Below, one piece after another: positions 28,606 through 38,814 of a stretch of 64,000 nucleotides of DNA (positions are counted from its first letter, which is position 1; every line of letters begins with the position of its first letter). The notes beneath the pieces are model-generated. The model was not told where the DNA came from and did not search any database. It saw only the letters and a program-made list of their open reading frames with translations. Made by a program: the position numbers and the translations under genes. Origin of the DNA: a bacterium (lineage in GTDB: Bacteria > UBA8248 > JACPRG01 > G963555815); the NCBI GenBank assembly GCA_965261595.1, contig CBDHDG010000001.1, forward strand, positions 1 to 64,000, read 5' to 3'.

Positions 28606-29526
28606 CTACCGGGTCATCGGGGGAAGGTCGAAGTCCGCGAGGGCCTTGAAGCGCCGCGCGCGGTCCTCGATCTCTTTCGGCGTCAGGGTTCGAAGACAGT
28701 CCAGACTGAACGCCTGGACGTTGAAGGAGGCCATGGTGCTTCCGTAGATGATGGCCCGGCGAAAGTTCTCGTGACTGATCTCGCCCCGCAACGCGAGATA
28801 CCCCATGAACCCGCCGGCGAAACTGTCCCCGGCCCCGGTGGGATCGCTCAGGTCTTCCAGCGGGAGGGCGGGCGCCCAGAACTCTCCTTCCTTGTCGAAC
28901 AGGAGCGCGCCGCATTCGCCCCGCTTGACGATCAGCGATTTCGGTCCCTGGCTGAGAATGCTCCGGGCCGCCTTGACCAGGTTCTCCTCGCCCGCCAGCA
29001 GCCGGGCCTCCCCGTCGTTGATCACCAGGGTGTCCACGTGCTCCAGCGTCTTCCACAGGGCTTCCGGCTTCCCCTCGATCCAGAAGTTCATCGTGTCGCA
29101 GGCGACGTAGCGCGGCTTCTCCACCTGTCGCAGGACGTCCAGTTGAAGCTCGGGATCGATGTTCGCCAGAAAAACGAATTCGGACGACCGGTAACCCTCG
29201 GGAAGCTTCGGCTGGAAGTCCGCGAAAACGTTGAGGTGGGTCTCCAGCGTGATGGCCTCGTTCAGGTTTTCGGTGTACTCGCCCACCCAACGGAAGGTCT
29301 CTCCGTCGGCGACCTCCAGGCCCTCGAGGTCGATCCCCCGGCCCCGGAGAAATTCAAGGTGCTCTTCCGGAAAATCCTTGCCGACCACGCCCACCAGCCG
29401 AACGGGCGTAAACAGGGAAGCCGAGACCGAAAAGTGCGTCGCCGACCCTCCCAGGATCCGCTCCTTCTCGCCAAACGGGGTTTTCACCGAGTCCAACGCG
29501 ACCGAACCGACCACCAACAGATCCAT
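28606..29526 (-). CDS. PfkB-family sugar/nucleoside kinase
   Basis: GGSA, DTMNFWI, DPTGAGDSFAGG. Confidence 0.92.
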   Translation of the reverse strand: MDLLVVGSVALDSVKTPFGEKERILGGSATHFSVSASLFTPVRLVGVVGKDFPEEHLEFLRGRGIDLEGLEVADGETFRWVGEYTENLNEAITLETHLNVFADFQPKLPEGYRSSEFVFLANIDPELQLDVLRQVEKPRYVACDTMNFWIEGKPEALWKTLEHVDTLVINDGEARLLAGEENLVKAARSILSQGPKSLIVKRGECGALLFDKEGEFWAPALPLEDLSDPTGAGDSFAGGFMGYLALRGEISHENFRRAIIYGSTMASFNVQAFSLDCLRTLTPKEIEDRARRFKALADFDLPPMTR

Positions 29527-29584
29527 CTCGTCTCCTTGCCGTTTTGGATGACATGGGCGTTCAGCGGATTTCGCGCGTGAAGCC

Positions 29585-29863
29585 TTACTGAATGGCCTCG
29601 ATCTCCTTCGCCAGATTGATGTCCCGCTCGGTCAGCCCCCCCGAATCATGCGAGGTCAGCAGGAGCCGCACGGTCTTATACCGGATGTCGATGTCCGGAT
29701 GGTGATCGAACCGCTCCGCCAGCAGGGCGACCTTCGTCACGAAGCCCATGGCCGGCGTGAACCACTCGAACGTGAAAGTCTTGACAATGGTTTCGGCTTC
29801 CCGCACCCATCCGGGCAGTGATTTCAACCCCTGTTCGATTTGCTCCTCGGCCAGTTTCGCCAT
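29585..29863 (-). CDS. Pterin-4-alpha-carbinolamine dehydratase
   Basis: AE..DHHPDI, LTSHD.GGLT..D. Confidence 0.9.
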   Translation of the reverse strand: MAKLAEEQIEQGLKSLPGWVREAETIVKTFTFEWFTPAMGFVTKVALLAERFDHHPDIDIRYKTVRLLLTSHDSGGLTERDINLAKEIEAIQ

Positions 29864-29948
29864 TGACAAACCCCTTCCCTTCCCCGCGAGGGTTTTCGGG
29901 CAAGTTGCCCGTCTCGGATTGCGGGGGCGCCCCTGCCGGGCGCCGCCG

Positions 29949-31181
29949 TCAGTCCAAGACCGAAAAGTCGAATTGTTCAAGATTCTGACAAACAATCCGG
30001 TTGAATTGCGCCGCCAGCATTCCATCCACAACCCGGTGGTCGACGGTCAGGGAGACGCCCATCCTATCCCGGATTCCGATCGAACCGTCCTCCAAGGGCA
30101 CGACCCGCTTGCGAATCGCGCCGACGCCCAGGATGGCCGCCTCCGGGGGGTTCAGGATAGGCGTTGCATAAAGACTCCCCGCGGCCCCCGCGTTGGTGAT
30201 CGTGAAGGTGCTTACGGACGCGTCTTCGGGGGTCAGGGTCCCTTGCCGGGCTTGATCCGCCGAATCGGTCAACCGCCTGGCGAACTCCTCGAAGGACAAC
30301 CCTTCGGCGCCGCGGATGACGGGCACGAGAAGCCCGTCCGGAACCGCGACGGCGACGCCCAGGTGAATGGTTCGAAACTGGTGGATGGCGTCGCCGGCGA
30401 ACCGCGCGTTCAGCGGCTGGAATTCGATCCGCTCAAGCGCCCGAATGGCGGCCCACGCCAGAAAATGAGTCACCGTCAGGTGAATCCCCTTCCGGGCGAA
30501 GGTCGATTCCCCTTTGGCCTTTCGCCACTCGACGATGTCCGTCACATCCGCCTCGTCGAACGTGGTGAACTGGGGAACCCCTTGGACGCTTTCACTGAGC
30601 CGCCGGGACAGTCGCCTGCGAAGGGGGCTGAGGGGTAGAACGTCCGCACCCTCCGGGACCGGGATATCGACCGCCGGGGCGGACACGCGCTGGGCGACAT
30701 AGGCTTCGAGATCGGCTTCGGTCACTCGACCGTTCCGGCCGGACCCGGAGATCTTCGCCGCCTCCTCCAGGGGAACTCCCCGCTCCCGCGCCAACCGCCG
30801 AACCCGGGGAGAGAGAAATGTCTGTCCCTCGACCCGCTCCGGGGCGGAGGGGGGGGGGGGGGGCTCGCCGTCCGCCGGCCCGGGCGCGGCCGCCGGATCG
30901 GGGCCGGATTCGGATTCCTCTTCGACCAAAACCTCGTCTTCGGTTTCAACAAGGGCCATGGTCTCCCCGACGGGAATCGCGCTCTGCACCGGCGTCAGGA
31001 TTCTGACCAGGCGTCCGTTGTAGGGACTTTCCATCTCGAACTCGACCTTCTCGCTCTCCGCCAGAAGCAGGGGATCTCCCTTTTTCAGGACGTCTCCCTC
31101 CTCCTTGAGCCACTGGACCACCGTGCCTTCGTGGACGCTCGTGCCCATTCGCGGCATGAGGATCTTCACCTGGCGCACCAC
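29949..31181 (-). CDS. 2-oxoacid dehydrogenase E2 dihydrolipoamide acyltransferase
   Basis: Lipoyl domain ESEKV, E3-binding SPRVRRLA..GSGRNGR, catalytic DHRVVDG. Confidence 0.92.
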   Translation of the reverse strand: MVRQVKILMPRMGTSVHEGTVVQWLKEEGDVLKKGDPLLLAESEKVEFEMESPYNGRLVRILTPVQSAIPVGETMALVETEDEVLVEEESESGPDPAAAPGPADGEPPPPPSAPERVEGQTFLSPRVRRLARERGVPLEEAAKISGSGRNGRVTEADLEAYVAQRVSAPAVDIPVPEGADVLPLSPLRRRLSRRLSESVQGVPQFTTFDEADVTDIVEWRKAKGESTFARKGIHLTVTHFLAWAAIRALERIEFQPLNARFAGDAIHQFRTIHLGVAVAVPDGLLVPVIRGAEGLSFEEFARRLTDSADQARQGTLTPEDASVSTFTITNAGAAGSLYATPILNPPEAAILGVGAIRKRVVPLEDGSIGIRDRMGVSLTVDHRVVDGMLAAQFNRIVCQNLEQFDFSVLD

Positions 31182-31322
31182 GGTTCCTCCGCTTCCGACC
31201 CCCGCCCGATCACAGCGGCGGGGGTCCATCAGAACGCCGGCGGGGCATTGCTCCTCCAGGGAACGGTCCGGGGGGGGAGGGGGGACAAGCCACCCCGCGC
31301 AATCCGCCCGAGCCCGCCGCGT

Positions 31323-32333
31323 TCAGTATTCCACGACCTCGCGCAGGGCGTCGGCGATCTTTCCCGCGTTGGGCAGGAAGGCATCCTCCAACTCCGGCGC
31401 GTAGGGGATGGGCGCATCCGGCGCCGCGACCCGTCTCAACGGAGCGTCCAGCGACTCGAAGGCCTCCTCCGCCAGAACGGCCGCCCATTCCGAACCCACG
31501 CCCCCGGTCTTGTTGTCTTCGTGAACGATGACGGCCCGGCCCGTGCGCCTGACCGATCCCAGAACCGTCTCGCGGTCAAAAGGAATGACGGAGCGGAGGT
31601 CGATCACCTCGGCCTCGATCCCGTCCCGCTCCACCTGCTCGGCGGCGCGCAGGGCCTCCAGGACCATCGTCCCGTGCGTGATGAGCGAGACGTCCTCCCC
31701 TTCGCGGACAATCCGGGCCTTTCCGATCGGAACGGTGTAATCCTCCTCCGGCGCCCCCATCCTCAAGACCTCGGGATACTGGCTCAGGGGAAGGTTGTAG
31801 AGCTTCTTGTATTCCAGAAAGAGAACGGGATTATTGTCCCGGACAGCGGCCTTGAGCAGACCTTTCGCGTCATAAGGGCTCGCCGGCGCGACGATCTTGA
31901 GACCGGGCGTGTGATAGAACCAAGACTCGGGGTTGCAGGAGTGAAACGGCCCGGCGGACTTCAGGGCCCCGGCCGGCAGCCGGACGACGATCGGCACCGG
32001 CCCTCCCCCCCGGTAGTGCGCCCCGCCCGCATAATGAACCAGCATCTTGAAGGCGTCGGAAACGAAATCGGCGAACTGCATCTCGATGACGGGCCGAAGC
32101 CCCATCTGAGCCGAGCCGATGGACATTCCGACGAACCCGCTCTCCGCGATGGGGGCGTCCACCACCCGCATCGGGCCGTACCGGTCCAGGAACCCCTTGG
32201 TCACGCCGAAGGCGCCGCCGCCGATGGCGATGTCCTCCCCGATCAGGTAGACATCAGGGTCCAGGTCCATTTCCTCTTGGAGGGCGGCGGAGATGGCGTC
32301 TCGATAGGTGACGGCCGGCGTCGATGCGGTCAT
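31323..32333 (-). CDS. 2-oxoacid dehydrogenase E1 beta subunit
   Basis: GEDI, DAPIAESG, EMQFADF, GPFHS, EVIDLRS. Confidence 0.93.
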   Translation of the reverse strand: MTASTPAVTYRDAISAALQEEMDLDPDVYLIGEDIAIGGGAFGVTKGFLDRYGPMRVVDAPIAESGFVGMSIGSAQMGLRPVIEMQFADFVSDAFKMLVHYAGGAHYRGGGPVPIVVRLPAGALKSAGPFHSCNPESWFYHTPGLKIVAPASPYDAKGLLKAAVRDNNPVLFLEYKKLYNLPLSQYPEVLRMGAPEEDYTVPIGKARIVREGEDVSLITHGTMVLEALRAAEQVERDGIEAEVIDLRSVIPFDRETVLGSVRRTGRAVIVHEDNKTGGVGSEWAAVLAEEAFESLDAPLRRVAAPDAPIPYAPELEDAFLPNAGKIADALREVVEY

Positions 32334-33469
32334 GGGGCGAAGACCCCATCGGTGGCTTCATGTCCTTCGGGGGGGGGGCTGTTCTTGGCAAAATTCACAG
32401 CTTCTTCAATCGATTCGAGGTTACGGGCTTCCGTCTCCTGAAAGAAGGAATCATCCCCATGCCCCGCCGCGCGCAACCTCTTTTCGAATAACGGGATCGG
32501 GTCCCCGGACTCCCACCCGGCGATCTCCGCCTCGGTCAAATAGTCCGTGTAGGCGTCGTAGATGGAATGGCCCCCGATTCTCACGTTCATGGACTCGATG
32601 AGGATCGGCCCCTCGCCGGCCCGGGCCCGCTCCAGCGCCTCGCGGCAGACCTCGTAACAGGCGGCCACGTCCGTCCCGTCAATCAGGTAGCCCGGAATCC
32701 CATAGGCGATGGCCCGCAGCGCCAGTGTCTTGCAGGCGTATTGCATGCGCGTGGGCGTTTTGTACGCCCAAAGGTTGTTCTCGATGATGACGACCAGGGG
32801 CAGGCGGTGGACGGCGGCCAGGTTCAGCCCCTGGTGGAAGTCGCCCGTGGAGGTCGCTCCGTCGCCGCACATGACCAGAGCCGCCGATCCGTCGCTTCGG
32901 TACTTGGCCGTCCAGGCGGCGCCGCACGCGATGGGGATCATCGTCCCGATGTGGCTGATGAGCTGGATGATGTTGTGCTTGCGGTTGCCGTAGTGAAGGT
33001 CCCGACCCCGGTTGATTCCATTGACCCGCCCCAGGTAGTGGGCCATGAGCTCGTTCAGGTCCTGCCCCCGGACCAGGTGAGCGGGCAGGTTGCGGTGCAT
33101 TGGGACCATGATGTCTTCCGCGTCCAGGGCGGAGGCGGCCCCGACGGAGAGGCCCTCGTTGCCCCGTCCGAAAAACGCCGACCCCGGCACCAGCCCCTGA
33201 CGATACAACTCGGCGATCCGCTCCTCGAAAGCCCTCCCCAGGGCCATGAACGCATAGAGCCGCCTCAAACCCGCCACGTCCAGTCCCAGCGCGTCGAGGT
33301 CCGCCTTGGGACGCCACGCGATCCGCAGGCCGTTGATGACCATGTGGCGGTCCCGCAAGTCCCGAAAGGAGTCGAGCCGGTCGAGCTCCTCCTCCAGGAC
33401 CGGCGTTTCCGGCAACCGGGGCTTCTTACCGATGGATAACTCGATTGTCTCTCGGTTGGCTTGGGGCAC
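32330..33469 (-). CDS. 2-oxoacid dehydrogenase E1 alpha subunit
   Basis: TPP motif GDGATS...ENN; R..GHS. Confidence 0.92.
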   Translation of the reverse strand: MPQANRETIELSIGKKPRLPETPVLEEELDRLDSFRDLRDRHMVINGLRIAWRPKADLDALGLDVAGLRRLYAFMALGRAFEERIAELYRQGLVPGSAFFGRGNEGLSVGAASALDAEDIMVPMHRNLPAHLVRGQDLNELMAHYLGRVNGINRGRDLHYGNRKHNIIQLISHIGTMIPIACGAAWTAKYRSDGSAALVMCGDGATSTGDFHQGLNLAAVHRLPLVVIIENNLWAYKTPTRMQYACKTLALRAIAYGIPGYLIDGTDVAACYEVCREALERARAGEGPILIESMNVRIGGHSIYDAYTDYLTEAEIAGWESGDPIPLFEKRLRAAGHGDDSFFQETEARNLESIEEAVNFAKNSPPPEGHEATDGVFAP

Positions 33470-33549
33470 GGCTCATGAATTCCACGGAACAACGAATTTC
33501 AGGAACACCGGGGGGCGGCTTAAACGAATCCGGGGCCCATCACGAGAGA

Positions 33550-33963
33550 TCACACGTCCCCCCGCGCGCCCGCCCAGCCGTGATCGGTGGGATCGATAAC
33601 GACGCCGTCGGGCGCCAGAAATTTTCTTTCATAGTAAACCGTCTCTTCACCGGCGCCTTGATAGCCGTCCGCCACTTCGCGGGAACCGTCCCGTTCGAGC
33701 TTCCGCACGCTCTCCTCGAGGTCCTCCACAATGAACCCGAAGTGGTGAATCCCCGTGAAATTTATATCCTCCCCGGGGAGATTCGTCCAGCGGGACCGCA
33801 TCTTGATGACGGCCAGATTGACGACGCCGTCCGACAGGTATACGCCCTCGGCCAGATCATTCTCAATCGTCCCGACTTCCTTCATCTCGAAGTGCTTTTT
33901 GTAGAATTCAGCCGTGGCGTCCGGATCTTTCGTGGCGATGGCGATGTGCCTCAGCTTGGCCAA
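33550..33963 (-). CDS. VOC/glyoxalase family protein
   Basis: LRHIAI...FY...GIHHFGF...APDGVVID. Confidence 0.85.
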   Translation of the reverse strand: MAKLRHIAIATKDPDATAEFYKKHFEMKEVGTIENDLAEGVYLSDGVVNLAVIKMRSRWTNLPGEDINFTGIHHFGFIVEDLEESVRKLERDGSREVADGYQGAGEETVYYERKFLAPDGVVIDPTDHGWAGARGDV

Positions 33964-34140
33964 GGGTCAGCCCTCCCGGGCGCAACGCGAAACGAACCCG
34001 CCCCCACTCCCCCCCCTACTCCGGGGTCTCGGCCGTGCGTTCCCCCCCCCCCGCGGGGCAGCCCGCTTACGCCCAATTTCTCACGACGACTCAGTTTTGG
34101 CGTCTTCATCAGCAGCGATCGCGTCGCTGGCCAACGCAAT

Positions 34141-34223
34141 GGGGCGGGTGCAGAGCCCCGTCCCTACATTTCAAAATCCTGATCGTCGAACCCGTTGTAG
34201 GGGCGGGGCTCCGCACCCGCCCC
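34141..34223. repeat. Second inverted GTAG REP pair (same family as 14266-14340)
   Basis: rc(GTAGGGACGGGGCTCTGCACCCGCCCC) and GTAGGGGCGGGGCTCCGCACCCGCCCC. Confidence 0.8.
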
Positions 34224-34343
34224 CCCCAAGGACAGGACGCTCCACTTCCTTCGGGCCTTTTTGTCTCCGCCAATGGCGATTAAACCTCAACGATCTTCTC
34301 GCGTGAAGGCCGCTTCGCCTTTCTTCCCCGTCAGAAATGCAAC

Positions 34344-35882
34344 TTACGCCCATTTCCGCTTTTTCGATTTCAGCGGTCTCCAGTCGGCGACCAACTCCGC
34401 CAGAAGCCGGACTCCGACGCCGGAGGCGCCCTTGGGGGTGTAGGGAAACTCCCGATCCCGCCAGGCCGGACCCGCGATATCGAGGTGCGCCCAGGGATAA
34501 TCCTCGGCGAACCGGCCCAGGAAGGCCGCGGCGGTGATGGCCCCGCCCCAACGGCCGCCCGTATTCTTGATGTTCGCGATATCGCTCTTGATCTGGTCGA
34601 AATACTCGGGCCACATCGGGAGCTCCCAGACCCGATCTCCCGTCCGGTCCGCCGCCCGGCGAATCCGGTCGATCAACCCCTCGGAATTCCCCAGGACCCC
34701 CGAGCACGACTCCCCCAGGGCCACGACGCACGCCCCCGTCAGCGTCGCCGCGTCCACGACCGCCTGGGGCTTGTACCGCCTCGCGTAAGTCAGGGCGTCG
34801 CCCAGGATGAGCCTGCCCTCGGCGTCCGTGTTGTCAATCTCCACCGTCAACCCCGACAGGGTGGTGATGACGTCGCCCGGCCGGTTGGCCTGGCCGGCGA
34901 TCATGTTCTCGGTGCAAGGCACGAGGGCCACGACCCGCTGCGGCGCGTTCAACTCACCGATGGCCCGCATCGCGCCCAGGACGGCGGCCGCTCCGGACAT
35001 GTCGGTCTTCATGGTCCGCATGCCGCCGCCCGGCTTGATGTTTAAACCGCCCGTGTCGAACGTCACCCCCTTCCCCACCAGGACGACGGGGGCGGCCTTG
35101 GGGTTTCGTCCGGAATGCTCGAGGACGATGAACTTCGGCGGCGCGACGCCCGCCTGGGCGACGCTCAGGAACCCCCCCATCCCCAATCGCTCGGCGTCCC
35201 GAGCCTCGAGGACCCGGCAGGTCATCCCGTACTTTCTCGCCAGAGATCGGGCGGCGCGGGCCAGAAAGGCCGGGACCGCCACGTTGGCGGGATGCGTCAC
35301 GAGATCGCGGGCGAAGTTCACGGCTTCGCCCATCGCCAAGCCGCGCTTCACGCCCCCCCTGAGCGCGCCGGCTTCTTCCCGGTCACCGGCCATCAGGATC
35401 CCGGACCGGACATTTCCGGCGCGGCCGTCTTTTTCCTTTTTCCGGTAATCGTCCATCCGGTACAGGCCCATCACGGCGCCCTCGATCCAGGCCTGGGCCT
35501 GGGCTTCGGGGGGCGCTTTCAACACCTGTCCGGGGATTTCGGCGTGGAAGGCGTCAAGCTTGAGATCGCGGGCGGTCCGGGCGGCCGCGGCGGCCGCGCC
35601 CCGGAGGATGTCCACGGTGAGATCCGCGGCCTTCCCCATGCCCATCAGCAACAGCCGTTTCGGACGCAGCCCCTTGCGGGATTCCAGCAGTGGAAGGATC
35701 CGGCGCCGCCGGGGCGCGGGCTGAAACTCGCCACTGTCGAGCATGCGCCGAACGGTGCCCTTCAGGACCCGGTCGGCCTCCCGGGCGCTTCCCCGCAGGG
35801 GCGTCTTTCCTTCATAGACCGGCAGGACGGCCAACTCCGCGTCCGTTTCCAGGAGGCTTCCGACAACCACCTTACCCCGCAC
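34344..35882 (-). CDS. pepA: Leucyl aminopeptidase (M17)
   Basis: GKGVTFDTGG..K, MKTDMSG, NTDAEGRL, ATLTGA, WAHLDIAG. Confidence 0.95.
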   Translation of the reverse strand: MRGKVVVGSLLETDAELAVLPVYEGKTPLRGSAREADRVLKGTVRRMLDSGEFQPAPRRRRILPLLESRKGLRPKRLLLMGMGKAADLTVDILRGAAAAAARTARDLKLDAFHAEIPGQVLKAPPEAQAQAWIEGAVMGLYRMDDYRKKEKDGRAGNVRSGILMAGDREEAGALRGGVKRGLAMGEAVNFARDLVTHPANVAVPAFLARAARSLARKYGMTCRVLEARDAERLGMGGFLSVAQAGVAPPKFIVLEHSGRNPKAAPVVLVGKGVTFDTGGLNIKPGGGMRTMKTDMSGAAAVLGAMRAIGELNAPQRVVALVPCTENMIAGQANRPGDVITTLSGLTVEIDNTDAEGRLILGDALTYARRYKPQAVVDAATLTGACVVALGESCSGVLGNSEGLIDRIRRAADRTGDRVWELPMWPEYFDQIKSDIANIKNTGGRWGGAITAAAFLGRFAEDYPWAHLDIAGPAWRDREFPYTPKGASGVGVRLLAELVADWRPLKSKKRKWA

Positions 35883-35897
35883 GGGCGGACTCCCTCC

Positions 35898-36509
35898 CTA
35901 GCCTTCTCCGCCCTGCCAGCGGCGGAACAGTTCGTTGGGGACGCCCATGCAATCCAGCGTCTTGCCCACAATATGGTTCACGATGTCATCGAGGGTTTTG
36001 GGCATGTGGTAAAAGCCCGGACTCGCCATAAGGATATGCACGCCCATGCGGGAAAGCTTCAGCATGTGCTCCAGATGAATGGGGCTCAGGGGGGTTTCCC
36101 GGGGGACCAGGACCAGGTTGCGCTTCTCCTTGAGAATCACGTCGGCCGATCTGCCGATCAGGTTGGACGCCGCGCCCGTAGCGATCATGCTCAGGGTCTT
36201 CATCGAGCAGGGCGTCACGACCATATGGTTGAGCCCCGCGGACCCGCTGGCAGGCGTGGCCCCGATGTCTTGATTGTCGTGGGTGACATCGGCGTAGGTC
36301 TGGAGGTCCTTGTACGACATCCCCAGCTCGTGCTTGACGACCCGGATTCCGCCCTTCGAGCAGATCAGGTGGACCTCGATGTCGGTCTCTTTGAGAAATT
36401 CGAGCAGGCGCACCGCGTATATCGAACCGCTGGCCCCGGAGACGGCCACAATGACTTTCAAAGATGCGCTCTCCCGCCGGAATGTAGGTTCAGACGCCGC
36501 GACGCTCAC
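35898..36509 (-). CDS. ubiX: Flavin prenyltransferase (start may be TTG 36461)
   Basis: GASGS.Y, ASGS, PCSMKTL, RSADV.LKE.R, RETPL, PGFY. Confidence 0.93.
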   Translation of the reverse strand: MSVAASEPTFRRESASLKVIVAVSGASGSIYAVRLLEFLKETDIEVHLICSKGGIRVVKHELGMSYKDLQTYADVTHDNQDIGATPASGSAGLNHMVVTPCSMKTLSMIATGAASNLIGRSADVILKEKRNLVLVPRETPLSPIHLEHMLKLSRMGVHILMASPGFYHMPKTLDDIVNHIVGKTLDCMGVPNELFRRWQGGEG

Positions 36510-36714
36510 ACGAACCGGCCATCCCCCAATGCGTGAGAGGAGGATTCGACAAGCCGTACGGTGTTAGTCTACCACAAACGGTCCGTGGACTCAGTGATCC
36601 CCGGTTTTCGGTGGTGTCCTAATTCGAAATATTTCGGGAACGCTATTCTCCCCCGCTCTAGGGTTTTGTTGGACACTCGATTGATCCATGATTCATGGAG
36701 AAAGGGGTGTCGCG

Positions 36715-37101
36715 ATGAACGAACAAAAGCAAGAGGGGGCTTTGGCGGAGGGCGCCCGCAGGGCGAACGGAGCCAAGGCCCCAGGGCATCGCAGTGAGCG
36801 GGGTCGGTTCTCCTGCCAGCGCAAGCGGGAGGCGGTCCTGCGTCTTTTGCGGGGCGAGAGCCTGGAGACGCTCTGCCGCGAGTTGGGCACGACAGCGGCT
36901 CGGCTTTCCGCCTGGCGCGAGGCGTTCCTTCGCGGGGGCGAGGCGGCGCTCAAAGCCCGCCCGGCGGATGAGCGGGACGAGGAGAACGCCCGGCTCAAGG
37001 CCAAGGTGGGCGAACTCACGATGGAGGGCGAGGTCCTGCGGGAGAAGATCGACCGCCTGGAGGCCGGCCGCCCTTTAGCCGGCAGGAGGTGGAGGCGATG
37101 A
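36715..37101 (+). CDS. IS3 transposase OrfA (HTH plus coiled coil)
   Basis: RFS..RKREAVLRLLRGE...ELG...L..W; LKAKVGELTME.E.L. Confidence 0.88.
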   Translation: MNEQKQEGALAEGARRANGAKAPGHRSERGRFSCQRKREAVLRLLRGESLETLCRELGTTAARLSAWREAFLRGGEAALKARPADERDEENARLKAKVGELTMEGEVLREKIDRLEAGRPLAGRRWRR

Positions 37102-38006
37102 GTCAGGCCCGCTTCACCTCCACGGGCAGAGCCTACGGCCTGAAGCGGGTGTGCGCCCTTTGGGGCTTGGCGCGCTCCACGGTCTACGCGCAACGGCGGC
37201 GAGAGGCGGTCCCCGTTCATGAACGCCCCACGCCCAATAAGCGCGGCCCTGTGGGCCCGTGCACCGATGCGGAACTCCTCGGCCACATCCGGCAGGTCCT
37301 GGAGGACTCTCCCTTCCATGGCGAGGGCTACCGCAAGGTGTGGGCGAGGCTGCGCTTCGCGGGCATCCGCACCAGCAAGGAGCGGATGCGTCGCCTGATG
37401 CGGGAGGCGGGGCTTCAGGCCCCCCACCGGGTGGGCAAACCCCGAGGTCCCAAGGCCCACAACGGGACCATCCGCACCGAGCGGCCCGACCGAATGTGGG
37501 GCACGGACATGACGACGACGGTGACCACCGAGGAGGGGATGGCCTCGGTGTTCGTGGCGGTGGATCACTGCTCGGTGGACTGCGTGGGGATCCATGCGGC
37601 CAAGAGCGGCAACCGCTTCGAGGCCCTGGAGCCGATCCGGCAGGGGGTCGCCGAGCGCTTCGCCGGCTTGGAGGCGGACGTCGCCGAGGGGCTTAAAGTT
37701 CGTCACGACCACGGCCCCGCCTATCTGTCCGATGACTTTCAGCGGGAGATCGCCTACCTGGGCATGACCAGTTCGCCCAGCTTCGTGCGGGCGCCCGAGG
37801 GAAATGGCTACTGTGAGTGGTTTATCCGCATCTTGAAGGAGAATCTCCTGTGGGTGCGCTCTTTCGCCACCGTAGAGGAACTGCGGTGGGCGCTGCTTGA
37901 GTTCAAGAACCTGTATAACCATCATTGGATTCTCGAGGGCTACGGCTACCGAACGCCGGCCCAGGCAAGGCAGGAAAAACTCGCTCAAGTTGCGGAGGCC
38001 GCATGA
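37098..38006 (+). CDS. IS3 transposase OrfB (DDE integrase core)
   Basis: GYRKVW, WGTDMT, HDHG, GNG..E.F...LKE; ATGA overlap with orfA. Confidence 0.9.
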   Translation: MSQARFTSTGRAYGLKRVCALWGLARSTVYAQRRREAVPVHERPTPNKRGPVGPCTDAELLGHIRQVLEDSPFHGEGYRKVWARLRFAGIRTSKERMRRLMREAGLQAPHRVGKPRGPKAHNGTIRTERPDRMWGTDMTTTVTTEEGMASVFVAVDHCSVDCVGIHAAKSGNRFEALEPIRQGVAERFAGLEADVAEGLKVRHDHGPAYLSDDFQREIAYLGMTSSPSFVRAPEGNGYCEWFIRILKENLLWVRSFATVEELRWALLEFKNLYNHHWILEGYGYRTPAQARQEKLAQVAEAA

Positions 38007-38686
38007 GGTCGAATACCCTCACCCGAGTGTCCAATAACCCAGGGGCGGTCCAATTCCCCGAAGCAATCAGGGAACCAGTCGCGCTTGAGGGGGAGGTACT
38101 TATAGACGACTTTGGCTAGCTCTGCACCGGGTTCTATGGAGGCGGCGAATATTTTCTTTCCCGCGTTCATCGCGGCTTTCACCACCGGAGTGTAGTCACC
38201 ATCGGCGGCCAAGAGGTATGCAACGTCGTATTCGTTCCGAACAGCCATCATGACCATATCAACGGCCAACATGACATCCACAGCCTTCTCCACCATGACG
38301 CTGACCTTCTCATGCCGTGTGGCACTGGCGACTAGATATTTGTAGACGTCCGGGTCAATCCTCACGGTGAGACTGGCGAGATATCGCTTTATCTCTTGAG
38401 AAAAACTATTTACGATGGATCGCTCTTCGAGGCGCCCATAATGGATGCTGATCCGCTTGTCGCGGGCGGCCAGCCATGCCATATATCGACGTTGGTTGGC
38501 ATAGAGTTCCGTATTGCCTATTTGCTTCACTTGACCAACGTAGTAGCGGGTTCCGATCCAGTCACGAGCCCCGACGATCTTCGCTGAAACCTTTGCGTAG
38601 TTCAACTGGCCCAAGCCCATTACGCCAGCCCGCTTGAGGCTGTGATACCAATTGTTGCCGTCCACGAAAACGAGAGCACGTTCCAT
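37985..38686 (-). CDS. NYN (LabA/DUF88, PIN-like) domain protein; native 211 aa, extended by 22 aa into the IS
   Basis: FVDGNN, EKAVD..LAVD, DGDY acidic motifs; lower GC than flanks. Confidence 0.88.
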   Translation of the reverse strand: MERALVFVDGNNWYHSLKRAGVMGLGQLNYAKVSAKIVGARDWIGTRYYVGQVKQIGNTELYANQRRYMAWLAARDKRISIHYGRLEERSIVNSFSQEIKRYLASLTVRIDPDVYKYLVASATRHEKVSVMVEKAVDVMLAVDMVMMAVRNEYDVAYLLAADGDYTPVVKAAMNAGKKIFAASIEPGAELAKVVYKYLPLKRDWFPDCFGELDRPWVIGHSGEGIRPHAASAT

Positions 38687-38795
38687 AGATGACGCCCAAA
38701 ACGAAAACCCCGGGGTGTAGCCCTTGCGGACTAGACCCCGGGGGGGTAAGAGCCGAGTCCCGTAAGACTCCGGCACCAAGTCACTTTCGTCATCT
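38687..38795 (-). ncRNA. Candidate structured RNA leader or antitoxin upstream of the NYN gene
   Basis: Closing helix AGAUGACG/CGUCAUCU enclosing a UACG-tetraloop hairpin and a GCAA-tetraloop hairpin. Confidence 0.65.
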
Positions 38796-38814
38796 CTTTA
38801 TCCTGAATATGTAA

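Larger units (their letters stand above)
36649..38052 (+). mobile_element. IS3-family insertion sequence (1404 bp) with 4-bp ATTC target duplication
   Basis: Imperfect terminal IRs sharing CCGC..GGGTT..TTGGACACTCG; ATTC at 36645-36648 and 38053-38056; orfA and orfB. Confidence 0.88.

Noticed and set aside
27929..29290. 453-aa RsmD with a long N-terminal extension
   Set aside because: The extension is an alternate frame of the PfkB kinase gene; RsmD homology starts at TTG 28540.
30849..30863. Long G run in the E2 gene as a phase-variation tract
   Set aside because: The frame is intact and the run encodes a poly-Pro linker typical of E2 proteins.
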